A stretch of 64,000 nt of DNA. It comes from Lachnospiraceae bacterium. GTDB taxonomy: Bacteria > Bacillota > Clostridia > Lachnospirales > Lachnospiraceae. Every line of letters starts with the position of its first letter. The first letter of the stretch is position 1. A program made the position numbers and the translations under genes. The DNA lies in assembly GCA_024682115.1 (NCBI GenBank), contig JAIKZO010000058.1, positions 125,869 through 189,868 of the forward strand. The letters run 5' to 3'. Below are positions 21,041-29,706 of this stretch, one piece after another. The notes under the pieces were generated by a model. That model did no database searches. It was not told the origin of the DNA and worked only from the letters and a program-made list of their open reading frames with translations.

Positions 21041-21458
21041 AGAAGCATCGGTCACGATAGACGGAAATACTGTAGGAGCCATTGATAAGGGTTTTCTTAT
21101 TTTATTGGGTGTTCATGTTAATGATACTGATCAGATCGCACGCAAGATGGCGAATAAGATCTGCGGATTGCGTGTGTTTGAAGACCCCGACGGTAAGATG
21201 AACATCAATCCGTCAGACGCCGGCGCAGAGTTTTTGATAGTGAGCCAGTTCACACTTTATGCCGACTGCAAGTCGCGTCGGCCCGGATTTACCGAAGCAG
21301 CAAGACCTGAAACGGCAATTCCGCTATATGAACTCATCATATCCGAATGCCGTGAACGCGGCTTTAAAGTCGAGACCGGGCAGTTCGGTGCCAACATGCT
21401 TGTTTCGTCTGTAAATGACGGCCCGGTAACGATCATTCTTGACAGTGATGATCTGTAA
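21015..21458 (+). CDS. dtd: D-aminoacyl-tRNA deacylase
   Basis: MRAVVTRVKEASVTIDG..GFLILLGV..SQFTLYAD..GPVTIILD matches Dtd end to end. ATG 21015 lies 6 nt after GGAG; the track start at 20994 is a TTG. Confidence 0.9.
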   Translation: MRAVVTRVKEASVTIDGNTVGAIDKGFLILLGVHVNDTDQIARKMANKICGLRVFEDPDGKMNINPSDAGAEFLIVSQFTLYADCKSRRPGFTEAARPETAIPLYELIISECRERGFKVETGQFGANMLVSSVNDGPVTIILDSDDL

Positions 21459-21479
21459 GGATCGATATTTAGAGATATC

Positions 21480-22769
21480 ATGAATAAAGTCGAATTATTA
21501 TCACCGGCGGGTAACTTTAAAACATTTTTAGGTGCATTGAATGCAGGTGCGGATGCTATATATCTTTCAGGCAGATCTTTCGGAGCCAGGGCATATGCCG
21601 ATAACTTCGATGAAGAAGAACTCCTTAAAGCCATAGATATCGCTCACCTTTTCAATAAAAAAGTTTATCTGACGCTTAATACCCTTATAAAACCGAATGA
21701 GATCGACATGATCGCCGATCATGTCAGAGAAGCTTATGAACATAAGCTGGACGGTGTCATCGTTCAGGATGTGGGAGTAGTCCGGCTCATAAACCGTCTT
21801 TATCCTGATCTCCCGATCCATCTGAGCACACAGCTATCATCTACCTGCGGATTCGATGCCTCGATTTTTAAGGATTACAATGTGACCAGGATAGTCCCTG
21901 CAAGAGAACTTACCATTGATGAGATCAGGGAACTTAAAAAACGATCCGGGCTCGAGGTGGAATGTTTCATCCATGGAGCCATGTGTTATTCCTATTCCGG
22001 AATGTGCCTTTTCAGTTCAATGCTGGGAGGACGGTCCGGAAACAGAGGAAGGTGCGCGCAGCCCTGCCGTTTGCCATATTCCGTTGACGGTAAAGATAAA
22101 CAATATATCCTGAGCATGGCAGATATGTGTACGCTGAACATCATAGACGAACTGATGGAAAGCGGGATTGATTCATTCAAAATCGAAGGACGGATGAAAA
22201 AAGCCGTATACAGCGCCGGAGTCACTTCTCTTTACAGAAAATACATGGATCTTGTCAGTCGGGGAGATTTTCACGGGGTTGAAGATGAAGATATTGATTT
22301 TATCAAAAATCTGTATCTTCGAACAAGGATATCCGAAGGTTATTATCATAAAGAAAGATCCGCAGATATGATCTGTATAGATTCACCTTCCTATAACGGT
22401 TCGGATGATGACATACTAAGGTCGGTTGAAGACAGGTATATCAAAACAAAACCGGTCCTTGATATCGGGATGGGAATATCCGTAAAAAAAGGACAGAATA
22501 CGGTTTTATACGCTTCGTATAATGATATCAAAACCGTTTTTACAGGTGATTTAAGTGATGAGGCAAAGAGTTCCCCGCTTGACAGAGAAAGTGTGAGAAA
22601 ACAGATGTCGAAGACGGGTGATACTTTTTTCAGGCCGTCAAAGATCGATATCGATCTGGACGACGGTCTTTTCATCAGTGTCGGAAAACTTAATGAATAC
22701 AGACGTTGTCTTTTGGACAGGCTTTACAAGGAAATCATAAAATGCAATTCGGGATACACGTGTATGTGA
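21480..22769 (+). CDS. Peptidase U32 family protein (YrrO/TrhP-like RNA hydroxylation factor family)
   Basis: U32 signature ECFIHGAMCYSYSGMCLFSS..GRSGNRGRCAQPCR. Confidence 0.85.
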   Translation: MNKVELLSPAGNFKTFLGALNAGADAIYLSGRSFGARAYADNFDEEELLKAIDIAHLFNKKVYLTLNTLIKPNEIDMIADHVREAYEHKLDGVIVQDVGVVRLINRLYPDLPIHLSTQLSSTCGFDASIFKDYNVTRIVPARELTIDEIRELKKRSGLEVECFIHGAMCYSYSGMCLFSSMLGGRSGNRGRCAQPCRLPYSVDGKDKQYILSMADMCTLNIIDELMESGIDSFKIEGRMKKAVYSAGVTSLYRKYMDLVSRGDFHGVEDEDIDFIKNLYLRTRISEGYYHKERSADMICIDSPSYNGSDDDILRSVEDRYIKTKPVLDIGMGISVKKGQNTVLYASYNDIKTVFTGDLSDEAKSSPLDRESVRKQMSKTGDTFFRPSKIDIDLDDGLFISVGKLNEYRRCLLDRLYKEIIKCNSGYTCM

Positions 22770-23572
22770 CAACAGAAGAACAACTCAATACCGTGATTGA
22801 TTCGAATGAAGAGAAGATAAAAAGGATCTATCTTGCTCCTTCACTTGCGATGAAAACATATAAGGATATCGGATCCGTTGCGGGTAAAGAAGTATTCTTA
22901 AGTACTCCCTATATTTTGAGAAATAAACATGTACCGTTATTGAACATGCTTATTTCCGGTGATCATTTTGACGGTATACTGATCAGGAATCATGAATCCT
23001 TCGGTTATATCAACAGTAATTTTCCGAATACGGATATGAAGATCGTCCTGGACAGCGGAATGTATATCCTGAACCATGAGGCTTTCATGTTTTATCACGG
23101 GTCATCCGCCTTTAAGTTCGATGAGTTTTACAATTCGTATGAACTCAACTCAAAAGAGACAGATCAGCTCATGGAGCGGATTTGCCAACAGGGTTTCGAT
23201 AATGTAATATCTTCATATATCGTTTACGGCAGGATACCTATGATGATATCAGCCAATTGCGTGAAAAATACAACTTCCGGCTGTGAAGGAACTACATCTT
23301 TCACGTATATAAAAGACAGATATGACAAATCATTTCCTGTGCTTTGTGACTGTGATCTTTGTACCAATGTCATATATAACAGTGTTCCGCTTTCACTGCA
23401 CAGATATACCGGGAAACTCCTTGAAAAAGGAAACATAAGGATCGATCTTACCGATGAGACGGCTACTCAGACCGAAAGAGTACTTGAGCTTTTTACACAT
23501 GAAAACGATAAAAAAATATTTCCGGGTGAAAATGAATATACTACCGGCCATTATAAGCGCGGAATAGAATAA
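22742..23572 (+). CDS. U32-family partner protein (YrrN-like), no canonical U32 signature seen
   Basis: Adjacent to and overlapping the U32 gene. It has a TIM-barrel-like N-terminus and Cys-rich SANCVKNTTSGCEG...CDCDLC. The track ORF starts at an upstream TTG (22706). Confidence 0.6.
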   Translation: MQFGIHVYVTTEEQLNTVIDSNEEKIKRIYLAPSLAMKTYKDIGSVAGKEVFLSTPYILRNKHVPLLNMLISGDHFDGILIRNHESFGYINSNFPNTDMKIVLDSGMYILNHEAFMFYHGSSAFKFDEFYNSYELNSKETDQLMERICQQGFDNVISSYIVYGRIPMMISANCVKNTTSGCEGTTSFTYIKDRYDKSFPVLCDCDLCTNVIYNSVPLSLHRYTGKLLEKGNIRIDLTDETATQTERVLELFTHENDKKIFPGENEYTTGHYKRGIE

Positions 23573-23573
23573 G

Positions 23574-25373
23574 ATGAATCTTGAGACATATATAAATGAG
23601 TTCTCCAAATATGTCATCGCGATCGTGATGATATTGTATACGGTTGAATGCTTTATGGTTTTTCTTCATAAAGATGAAGAGGAACGTAAAGGTATCTATA
23701 TCAGGCAGAATATATTAATGTTTGCCTTCCATTTTTGTTCATTCATGGTCATCTGCTTTGAAACGGGTAAGATCAGTTACCTTTTGTTTTATGCGATACA
23801 GCAGATGGTTCTTTATATGGCCGTAGTCCTTTATAAATGGCTGTATCCTAAGACAAACGGACTTATCGTTAACAATATGTGCATGCTGATGAGCATATCG
23901 TTTGTCATACTTACAAGACTTGACTATTCAAAAGCCGTAAAGCAGTTCATGATAGGATCCACATCTCTTGTGGTTGCTCTGATTATCCCTTTTTTCATAA
24001 GAAATATAAAACTTCTGAAAAATCTCAAATGGGTTTATGCCGTAGCGGGTATTTTACTTCTCGGGGTTGTCTATATCCTCGGTTCTACAACCTACGGAAG
24101 TAAGATATCTTACAGTATCGGCGGATTATCCTTCCAACCTGCCGAATTCGTAAAACTGATCTTTGTTTTCTTTGTAGCGAGTGCGCTATACCAAAGCCAT
24201 TCGATCACAGAAGTGCTCTTTACTTCTATCGTTGCCGCTGTCCATGTTGGTATTCAGGTCCTTAATAAGGATCTCGGCTCGGCCCTGATATTCTTTGTCA
24301 TTTATCTTTTTATGGTATTTGTCGCGACAAAGAATATCATTTATCTTGCCCTGGGACTGTCGGCGGGGGCCGGAGCGGCTGTCTTTGCTTATCATTTTTT
24401 CAGTCACATACAGGTGAGGGTACAGGCATTTATCGATCCGTGGTCCGTTATTGATTCGGCCGGATACCAGATAACCCAGTCTCTTTTCGCGATAAGCTCC
24501 GCCGGAATGTGGGGACTCGGGCTGTTCCAGGGAACACCCAACACGATTCCGTTCGTTGAGGATGATTTTATCTTTTCGGCCATCGTGGAAGAAATGGGTA
24601 TCATTTTCGGCATATGTCTGCTGCTTGTCTGCGTAAGTATCTTCATTATGATAATGATCATCTCATCCGATCTTGGTAACGGTTTTTACGGTCTTATCGC
24701 TTTCGGATTGGGAATATGTTATATTTTCCAGGTTTTCCTGACAGTCGGTGGCGGTACGAAGTTTATCCCTCTTACCGGTGTTACGCTTCCTATGGTCAGT
24801 TACGGAGGATCGTCCATACTGACTACGCTCGTCATGTTCGCGATCATAGAAGGTCTGTATATGATAAGGGAAGATGAGGCTGCCAAGGCCAAAAAGAGAA
24901 GAGAAGAACTGATCCGTAAGAAAAAGGAAAAGAGAAGAAAAGAAAAACTTCGCAAAAAGAAGCTTAGAGAGAAGAGAGCTTCAGAAGAATATTACGAAGA
25001 TGATATCCTGGCATATGAGGATGATTCTTATGAATATAAGGATGAAAAGCCTGCACGTAAAAAAGCTTCTCATGTAAATAAGGATGCACGGCCTCCATAC
25101 AGTAAAACTGCACATACTTATGAGGAAGTTAAGTATAAACACGAAGTTGATCTGTATGAATACGAAGAAGACCCGTACGACTATGATCCGGATCGGCAGG
25201 GATATGACGGGGATATCCATGCATACGAAGAAGATCCACAGGCAGAAGATGACGATATCGATATAAGAGTTTCGAATGACTTCGAACTTGAAGATTATAC
25301 AACCATCTATTACAACGAAGAAGAACATGAAGAAGAACAAAGAAGAAAAGAAAAAAAGAAAAAGAAGATTTAA
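23574..25373 (+). CDS. SEDS family peptidoglycan polymerase (FtsW/RodA/SpoVE) with a ~170-aa low-complexity C-terminal tail
   Basis: SEDS motifs FQPAEFVKL and PLTGVTLPMVSYGGSS. From about nt 24864 the sequence becomes a K/R block, then a Y/D/E-rich block. Confidence 0.9.
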   Translation: MNLETYINEFSKYVIAIVMILYTVECFMVFLHKDEEERKGIYIRQNILMFAFHFCSFMVICFETGKISYLLFYAIQQMVLYMAVVLYKWLYPKTNGLIVNNMCMLMSISFVILTRLDYSKAVKQFMIGSTSLVVALIIPFFIRNIKLLKNLKWVYAVAGILLLGVVYILGSTTYGSKISYSIGGLSFQPAEFVKLIFVFFVASALYQSHSITEVLFTSIVAAVHVGIQVLNKDLGSALIFFVIYLFMVFVATKNIIYLALGLSAGAGAAVFAYHFFSHIQVRVQAFIDPWSVIDSAGYQITQSLFAISSAGMWGLGLFQGTPNTIPFVEDDFIFSAIVEEMGIIFGICLLLVCVSIFIMIMIISSDLGNGFYGLIAFGLGICYIFQVFLTVGGGTKFIPLTGVTLPMVSYGGSSILTTLVMFAIIEGLYMIREDEAAKAKKRREELIRKKKEKRRKEKLRKKKLREKRASEEYYEDDILAYEDDSYEYKDEKPARKKASHVNKDARPPYSKTAHTYEEVKYKHEVDLYEYEEDPYDYDPDRQGYDGDIHAYEEDPQAEDDDIDIRVSNDFELEDYTTIYYNEEEHEEEQRRKEKKKKKI

Positions 25374-26805
25374 CCTGCAGATATTTGTGGTGACCTGTTT
25401 CTTTATCGCATTATTTGCGGCTATGTCCGTATATATCGTCAATTACTCGGTAACGCATAAGATCGAACTGATCTCCAACAGTTACAATACGAGAGCGAAA
25501 GTACTGGCAAAGAAGAACATCAGAGGATCGATCTATGCAAATGACGGGCAGGTGCTTGTTTCCTCATATGTAGACGGTAGCGGAACGGAGATACGAGATT
25601 ATAAATTCGGGAAGCTTTTTTCGCACGTGGTCGGATACTCCATCAACGGAAGAATGGGTATAGAAGACAGATATAACTATTATCTGATCAATACAAATGC
25701 TCCCGTATCCGTAAAAGCCGAAAAAGATCAGAAGAATGAAAAATATCCGGCCGATGATGTTTACACTACACTTGACGTAAATCTTCAGAAAGTCGCGTCG
25801 GATGCACTCGGCGTATACAGAGGTGCCGTTATCGTTACCGAACCTTCTACCGGAAAAGTGCTCGCCATGGTTTCAAAACCGGATTTCGATCCCGCGCTTA
25901 TCGCGGAAAACTGGAATTCTTATCTTGAAGATACCGAAACCGGTGTACTTGTCAACAGGGCAACACAGGGACTTTATCCTGCCGGTTCCACGTTCAAGAT
26001 CCTTACGTCTATTGAATACATAAAAGAAAACCCTGAGAATTATAACAGCTACAGGTATAACTGTACGGGTTCGTTCTCAAAAGGAGATGAAAGGATACAG
26101 TGTTATCACGGCTCGGTGCACGGGAGCCTTGATTTTACAACTTCTTTTGCAAAATCCTGCAATTCGTCATTTGCAAATATAGGTATGAACCTTAATAAAA
26201 ACAAATTCGGTCAGACATTGGATCAGATGCTCTTTAACAGTGAGCTTCCTACGGAAGATTTTGACTGTGCCGTAAGCCGTTTGAATGTCAATGACGAAAC
26301 GCCAGATGCCGATATGATCCAGATCGCAATTGGACAGGGGCCGGTCGGGATATCGGTAATGCATCTTAATATGGTCACCTGCGCGATAGCAAATGACGGT
26401 ATTCTTATGAAACCTTATGTCGTGGAAAAGATCGCCAACTGTGAAGGTAAGAGCATAAAAAGTTATAAGAGCGAAAAATACGGCAGCATCATGGGTGTTG
26501 ATGAAGCGAAGGTCCTGAGAGAAATGATGGAAGCCGTTGTGAAAGAAGGAACCGGAAAACGACTGAAGAATGATAACTATTATGCTTGCGGTAAAACGGG
26601 GTCTGCGGAATACGGTTCAGTAAAAGGTGAATCTCACGCATGGTTTACCGGATATGCCGGATTATATGACGGAAAAGAAAAGTGCGAGCCGGATATATGT
26701 ATAACGATAATAGTGGAAGGCGCGGGCGCCGGAGGAGAATATGCGGTACCGATAGCCAAAAGGATTTTTGATGCATATTACGGGATCACGATAGAACCCG
26801 AATAA
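25276..26805 (+). CDS. Class B penicillin-binding protein (PBP2/PBP3-type transpeptidase)
   Basis: SxxK as STFK, SxN as SCN, and KTG as KTGSAE. A single N-terminal TM helix. An alternative start at 25327 gives MKKNKEEKKKRKRR. Either start overlaps the SEDS gene. Confidence 0.9.
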   Translation: MTSNLKIIQPSITTKKNMKKNKEEKKKRKRRFNLQIFVVTCFFIALFAAMSVYIVNYSVTHKIELISNSYNTRAKVLAKKNIRGSIYANDGQVLVSSYVDGSGTEIRDYKFGKLFSHVVGYSINGRMGIEDRYNYYLINTNAPVSVKAEKDQKNEKYPADDVYTTLDVNLQKVASDALGVYRGAVIVTEPSTGKVLAMVSKPDFDPALIAENWNSYLEDTETGVLVNRATQGLYPAGSTFKILTSIEYIKENPENYNSYRYNCTGSFSKGDERIQCYHGSVHGSLDFTTSFAKSCNSSFANIGMNLNKNKFGQTLDQMLFNSELPTEDFDCAVSRLNVNDETPDADMIQIAIGQGPVGISVMHLNMVTCAIANDGILMKPYVVEKIANCEGKSIKSYKSEKYGSIMGVDEAKVLREMMEAVVKEGTGKRLKNDNYYACGKTGSAEYGSVKGESHAWFTGYAGLYDGKEKCEPDICITIIVEGAGAGGEYAVPIAKRIFDAYYGITIEPE

Positions 26806-26830
26806 AAAAGGAGCTTTAAAGCTCCTTTTT
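26804..26830. terminator. Bidirectional rho-independent terminator between convergent PBP and HD-GYP genes
   Basis: AAAAAA-GGAGC-tttaaa-GCTCC-TTTTT, a symmetric hairpin with a U-tract in both orientations. Confidence 0.75.
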
Positions 26831-27884
26831 AATATATCGCCATTATCTGCAGGTCTCTTCTGTTAAGCAGATCGATGAACGTGTCACTGCTGTCTTTCAG
26901 AAGAGGACGGCACATTCTTGCCTGGTTTATCAGAACGACTTCTGCTTTGATATCATTGCTCAGGAGAACCTGCAATCCTATCAGATGATTTCCGAGACGG
27001 TAGAGTATAGGTCTCAGGATGTTATTGTCATATTTGAAGGAATCGTTTTCGAATATCTCTATGATCTGGAATGGATGCTTTGACTGCCTGTATGTTCTGG
27101 GTGAAGTCATTGCTTCGTAAGCATCGATAATCGATATTATCCTGGCATATTTGTTGATCTGTTCGTCATGAAGTCTGCTCGGATAACCCGTTCCGTCAAA
27201 TTTCTCATGATGTGAAAGCGTTGCTTTCAATATATTTTCGTTTATCGGCTGATCCTTCAGGATCTGAAATCCCAATATGGTATGCGTTTTGATCTGTGCG
27301 AACTCTACCGGAGTGAGCTTATCGGGTTTCCAGATAAGTTCATAAGGGAGTTTTAACTTACCTATATCATATAAGAATCCGCATTGAATGAGGATCTCGA
27401 GCTCATCGGGTTTAAGACAGAGCCATTGTCCGAAGACTCCGGCGATCAAAGCCGAATTAAAACAATGGGCATATGTGAGATTATCTTCCGTGGGAAGCAT
27501 ATTATAAAGATAATCAAGGATCTTTGCACATTCCTTAATCGGCGAGGTGAGCTCATGATAGATGTTCATGAGCGAATCTATCGGAATGGGAGAATTGTTG
27601 TTCATGAAATCATCGGTTATCTTTTTGTATTCTTCAAGATACTTACGATAATCATTCTCGAAATTCTTAAATCCTTCGGAAAGTCTTATTTTTTCAAAAT
27701 ATGTAACCGCATAATCTATATCCTCCATGATCGTAACAGCCATTATCTTATGCCTGTTAAGCTTCTGGATGGTATAATCGGATACCTTGGTTCCGGCTTT
27801 GACGATAACGTCACCGGCCGAATTGGTAACATCTTTTGCGATTTCCATTTCATGTTGGAGTGCTAAAGTAGCAATATCCTTCAT
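26829..27884 (-). CDS. HD-GYP domain protein (probable c-di-GMP phosphodiesterase)
   Basis: HD region LLYDIGK and the motif HHEKFDGTGYP. The ~130-aa N-terminal domain is unassigned. Confidence 0.85.
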   Translation of the reverse strand: MKDIATLALQHEMEIAKDVTNSAGDVIVKAGTKVSDYTIQKLNRHKIMAVTIMEDIDYAVTYFEKIRLSEGFKNFENDYRKYLEEYKKITDDFMNNNSPIPIDSLMNIYHELTSPIKECAKILDYLYNMLPTEDNLTYAHCFNSALIAGVFGQWLCLKPDELEILIQCGFLYDIGKLKLPYELIWKPDKLTPVEFAQIKTHTILGFQILKDQPINENILKATLSHHEKFDGTGYPSRLHDEQINKYARIISIIDAYEAMTSPRTYRQSKHPFQIIEIFENDSFKYDNNILRPILYRLGNHLIGLQVLLSNDIKAEVVLINQARMCRPLLKDSSDTFIDLLNRRDLQIMAIY

Positions 27885-27954
27885 GACCCCTCCCTAAAGA
27901 TAAACATTCCTTCTATAAGTATAAAAGAATTATGTATAAAGTCAATATTTTACT

Positions 27955-27982
27955 TTGGATTTTATACCACATGTGGTATCAT
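27955..27982 (+). promoter_or_regulatory. Promoter candidate overlapped by a perfect 16-bp palindrome (operator candidate)
   Basis: TTGGAT (27955-27960), 16 nt, TGg-TATCAT (27974-27982). The palindrome ATACCACATGTGGTAT spans 27964-27979. Confidence 0.4.
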
Positions 27983-28001
27983 ATATTGCAAGGAGCCCAA
28001 A

Positions 28002-28328
28002 ATGAGGTACTATAAATATCTTTATGTATCGGACAGCATCAAGGATCCCGATAAGATAAAACTGTCTTTAAAGCTGCACAAAGGTTTGCTCGGTATTTAT
28101 GTTGTCATGTTATCGTCCGACCCCGATCAGGTAGAGATAATGAATGCAGCATTCCTTAAAATGCCTTATTACCGGAAACATCCGCCCGTTATAGTAGGCA
28201 TAGCCAGGACTTTCGATGAAGCGGCGGGACTGGTCACCGATATGGTTAAGGAAAGCATGTTTCGTACCGGCCAAGCCTCCGTTAAGAAATTTTTGAAACT
28301 GAAGGCTAAAACGGAAAACTTTTCTTAG
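28002..28328 (+). CDS. Hypothetical 108-aa protein
   Basis: AAGGAG lies 7 nt upstream of the ATG. Composition looks coding, but I recognise no motif. Confidence 0.5.
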   Translation: MRYYKYLYVSDSIKDPDKIKLSLKLHKGLLGIYVVMLSSDPDQVEIMNAAFLKMPYYRKHPPVIVGIARTFDEAAGLVTDMVKESMFRTGQASVKKFLKLKAKTENFS

Positions 28329-28337
28329 ATTAATTTT

Positions 28338-29300
28338 ATGCTTCCTGTTATACTGCTAATCCTGAAAATTATAGGAATTACGATCCTTTGTCTCCTGGGA
28401 CTTATTCTTTTGATCATACTGATCGTTCTTTTTGTTCCGGTAAGATACAGGTTAAAGGCAAAAGCTGACGATAAAGCCGGATTTTCCTATGATCTTAATG
28501 TAAAGGTCACCTGGCTTCTTCATATTGTGAATGTACTTTTTGTCATGCCTTCCGATGAAAAATTACGTGTAAGGCTTTTTGTTTTTAAAGTATTTCCGCG
28601 AAAAAAAGAAATAAAAGATAAGAAAGACAAGGCTTCAAAAACAGAAAAAACCGAAGAAGATAAAGGACCTGTAGAATATCATGAACCCGGCCCTGATGAA
28701 AACGTAATTACTGAAGAAAAACCTTCCGAAGATCTCAGGACCGATGAACCGGATTCCCCAACGGGTATTGAAAAAATACCCGATAACAAGGATAATAAAA
28801 AGAAGAAGGATAAAAAAGAAAAAAAGAGTAAGAACAAAAAACCGCGTAAGAGCTTTAAAGAAAGGTTTAACGGGCTTATCGCCGGTATAAGACAAAAGTT
28901 CATCAACACCAGGGATAAAGTTGATGATATCAGGAAAAACACTCAGTACTATATAGATATATATAACAGTGATGAATTCCGGAGTGCCTTTTCGTTATGT
29001 AAGAACAAACTCATAAGCATTCTGAAAAGTATACTTCCGAAAAAGATAAGGGGTAATGTGATCTTCGGAAAAGAAGATTCTCCGGACACCGTAGGCATGG
29101 TCTTTTCAGCTTATTCCGTGCTGTATCCCAAGGTTGGCAGGAGTTTTGTACTTACTCCCGAATTCGAAAAAGACATCATAGATGCTGATATATATGTAAA
29201 AGGCCGGATATTTGTATTTGTTCTTTTATTCGGCGCCTTAAGAATTTATTTCGACAAAAATGTCAAAAAGATCCTCAAAATGATTAAAAAGGAGAAATGA
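28338..29300 (+). CDS. ytfI: DUF2953 (YtfI-like) membrane protein with a Lys-rich insert
   Basis: Very hydrophobic N-terminus followed by VPVRYRLKAK, as in YtfI. It sits directly upstream of ytfJ/gerW, as in Bacillus. It contains a KKKDKKEKKSKNKK low-complexity stretch. Confidence 0.55.
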   Translation: MLPVILLILKIIGITILCLLGLILLIILIVLFVPVRYRLKAKADDKAGFSYDLNVKVTWLLHIVNVLFVMPSDEKLRVRLFVFKVFPRKKEIKDKKDKASKTEKTEEDKGPVEYHEPGPDENVITEEKPSEDLRTDEPDSPTGIEKIPDNKDNKKKKDKKEKKSKNKKPRKSFKERFNGLIAGIRQKFINTRDKVDDIRKNTQYYIDIYNSDEFRSAFSLCKNKLISILKSILPKKIRGNVIFGKEDSPDTVGMVFSAYSVLYPKVGRSFVLTPEFEKDIIDADIYVKGRIFVFVLLFGALRIYFDKNVKKILKMIKKEK

Positions 29301-29302
29301 TC

Positions 29303-29698
29303 ATGGCTGACGGAAATTTTGGAAATATAGTTGATTCTTTGATGAAAGGAATGAATTCGGTGGTTTCGACCAAAACTGTTGTCGGAGAACCTACCGTTAT
29401 CGGCGATACGATAATCGTTCCGCTTGTTGATGTCAGCTTCGGTTGCGCATCCGGTGCCAACACAAACGACAAAAAGAACGGTGCCTGCGGAGGATTCTGG
29501 GGAAAGGAATCGCCCAATTCCGTTCTTGTAATAAAAAACGGACAGACTAAGCTTGTAAATGTAAAGAACCAGGATACTCTGACGAAGATCATAGATGCGG
29601 TTCCGGATCTTGTAGACAGATTTACGACTCCGAAAGAGCAGATGATGGATGATGAAGTTTCCAAGGATATTGCGTTTCCAGATTTGAAAAAGGATTGA
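29303..29698 (+). CDS. ytfJ: GerW/YtfJ family sporulation protein
   Basis: SLMKGMNSVVSTKTVVGEPTVIGDTIIVPLVDVSFGCASGA is the family signature region. ATG 29303 lies 8 nt after GGAG; the ATG at 29297 is too close to the SD. Confidence 0.8.
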   Translation: MADGNFGNIVDSLMKGMNSVVSTKTVVGEPTVIGDTIIVPLVDVSFGCASGANTNDKKNGACGGFWGKESPNSVLVIKNGQTKLVNVKNQDTLTKIIDAVPDLVDRFTTPKEQMMDDEVSKDIAFPDLKKD

Positions 29699-29706
29699 TC
29701 CTGTTA

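Noticed and set aside
22706-22741. Track-supplied N-terminal extensions from upstream TTG/GTG/ATG starts, here and at 586-602, 659, 4815, 12214, 20994, 34804, 41753, 42918 and 52502.
   Set aside because: Downstream starts have proper SD spacing and give N-termini matching the family. The extensions overlap the preceding gene and add no recognisable sequence.
24890-25375. Purine-rich quasi-repetitive DNA that looks at first like a tandem repeat or array. A similar stretch lies at 28590-28860.
   Set aside because: There is no regular period or spacer structure. Both stretches are in frame within long ORFs and simply encode Lys/Glu/Arg low-complexity protein segments. They are not CRISPR or satellite repeats.
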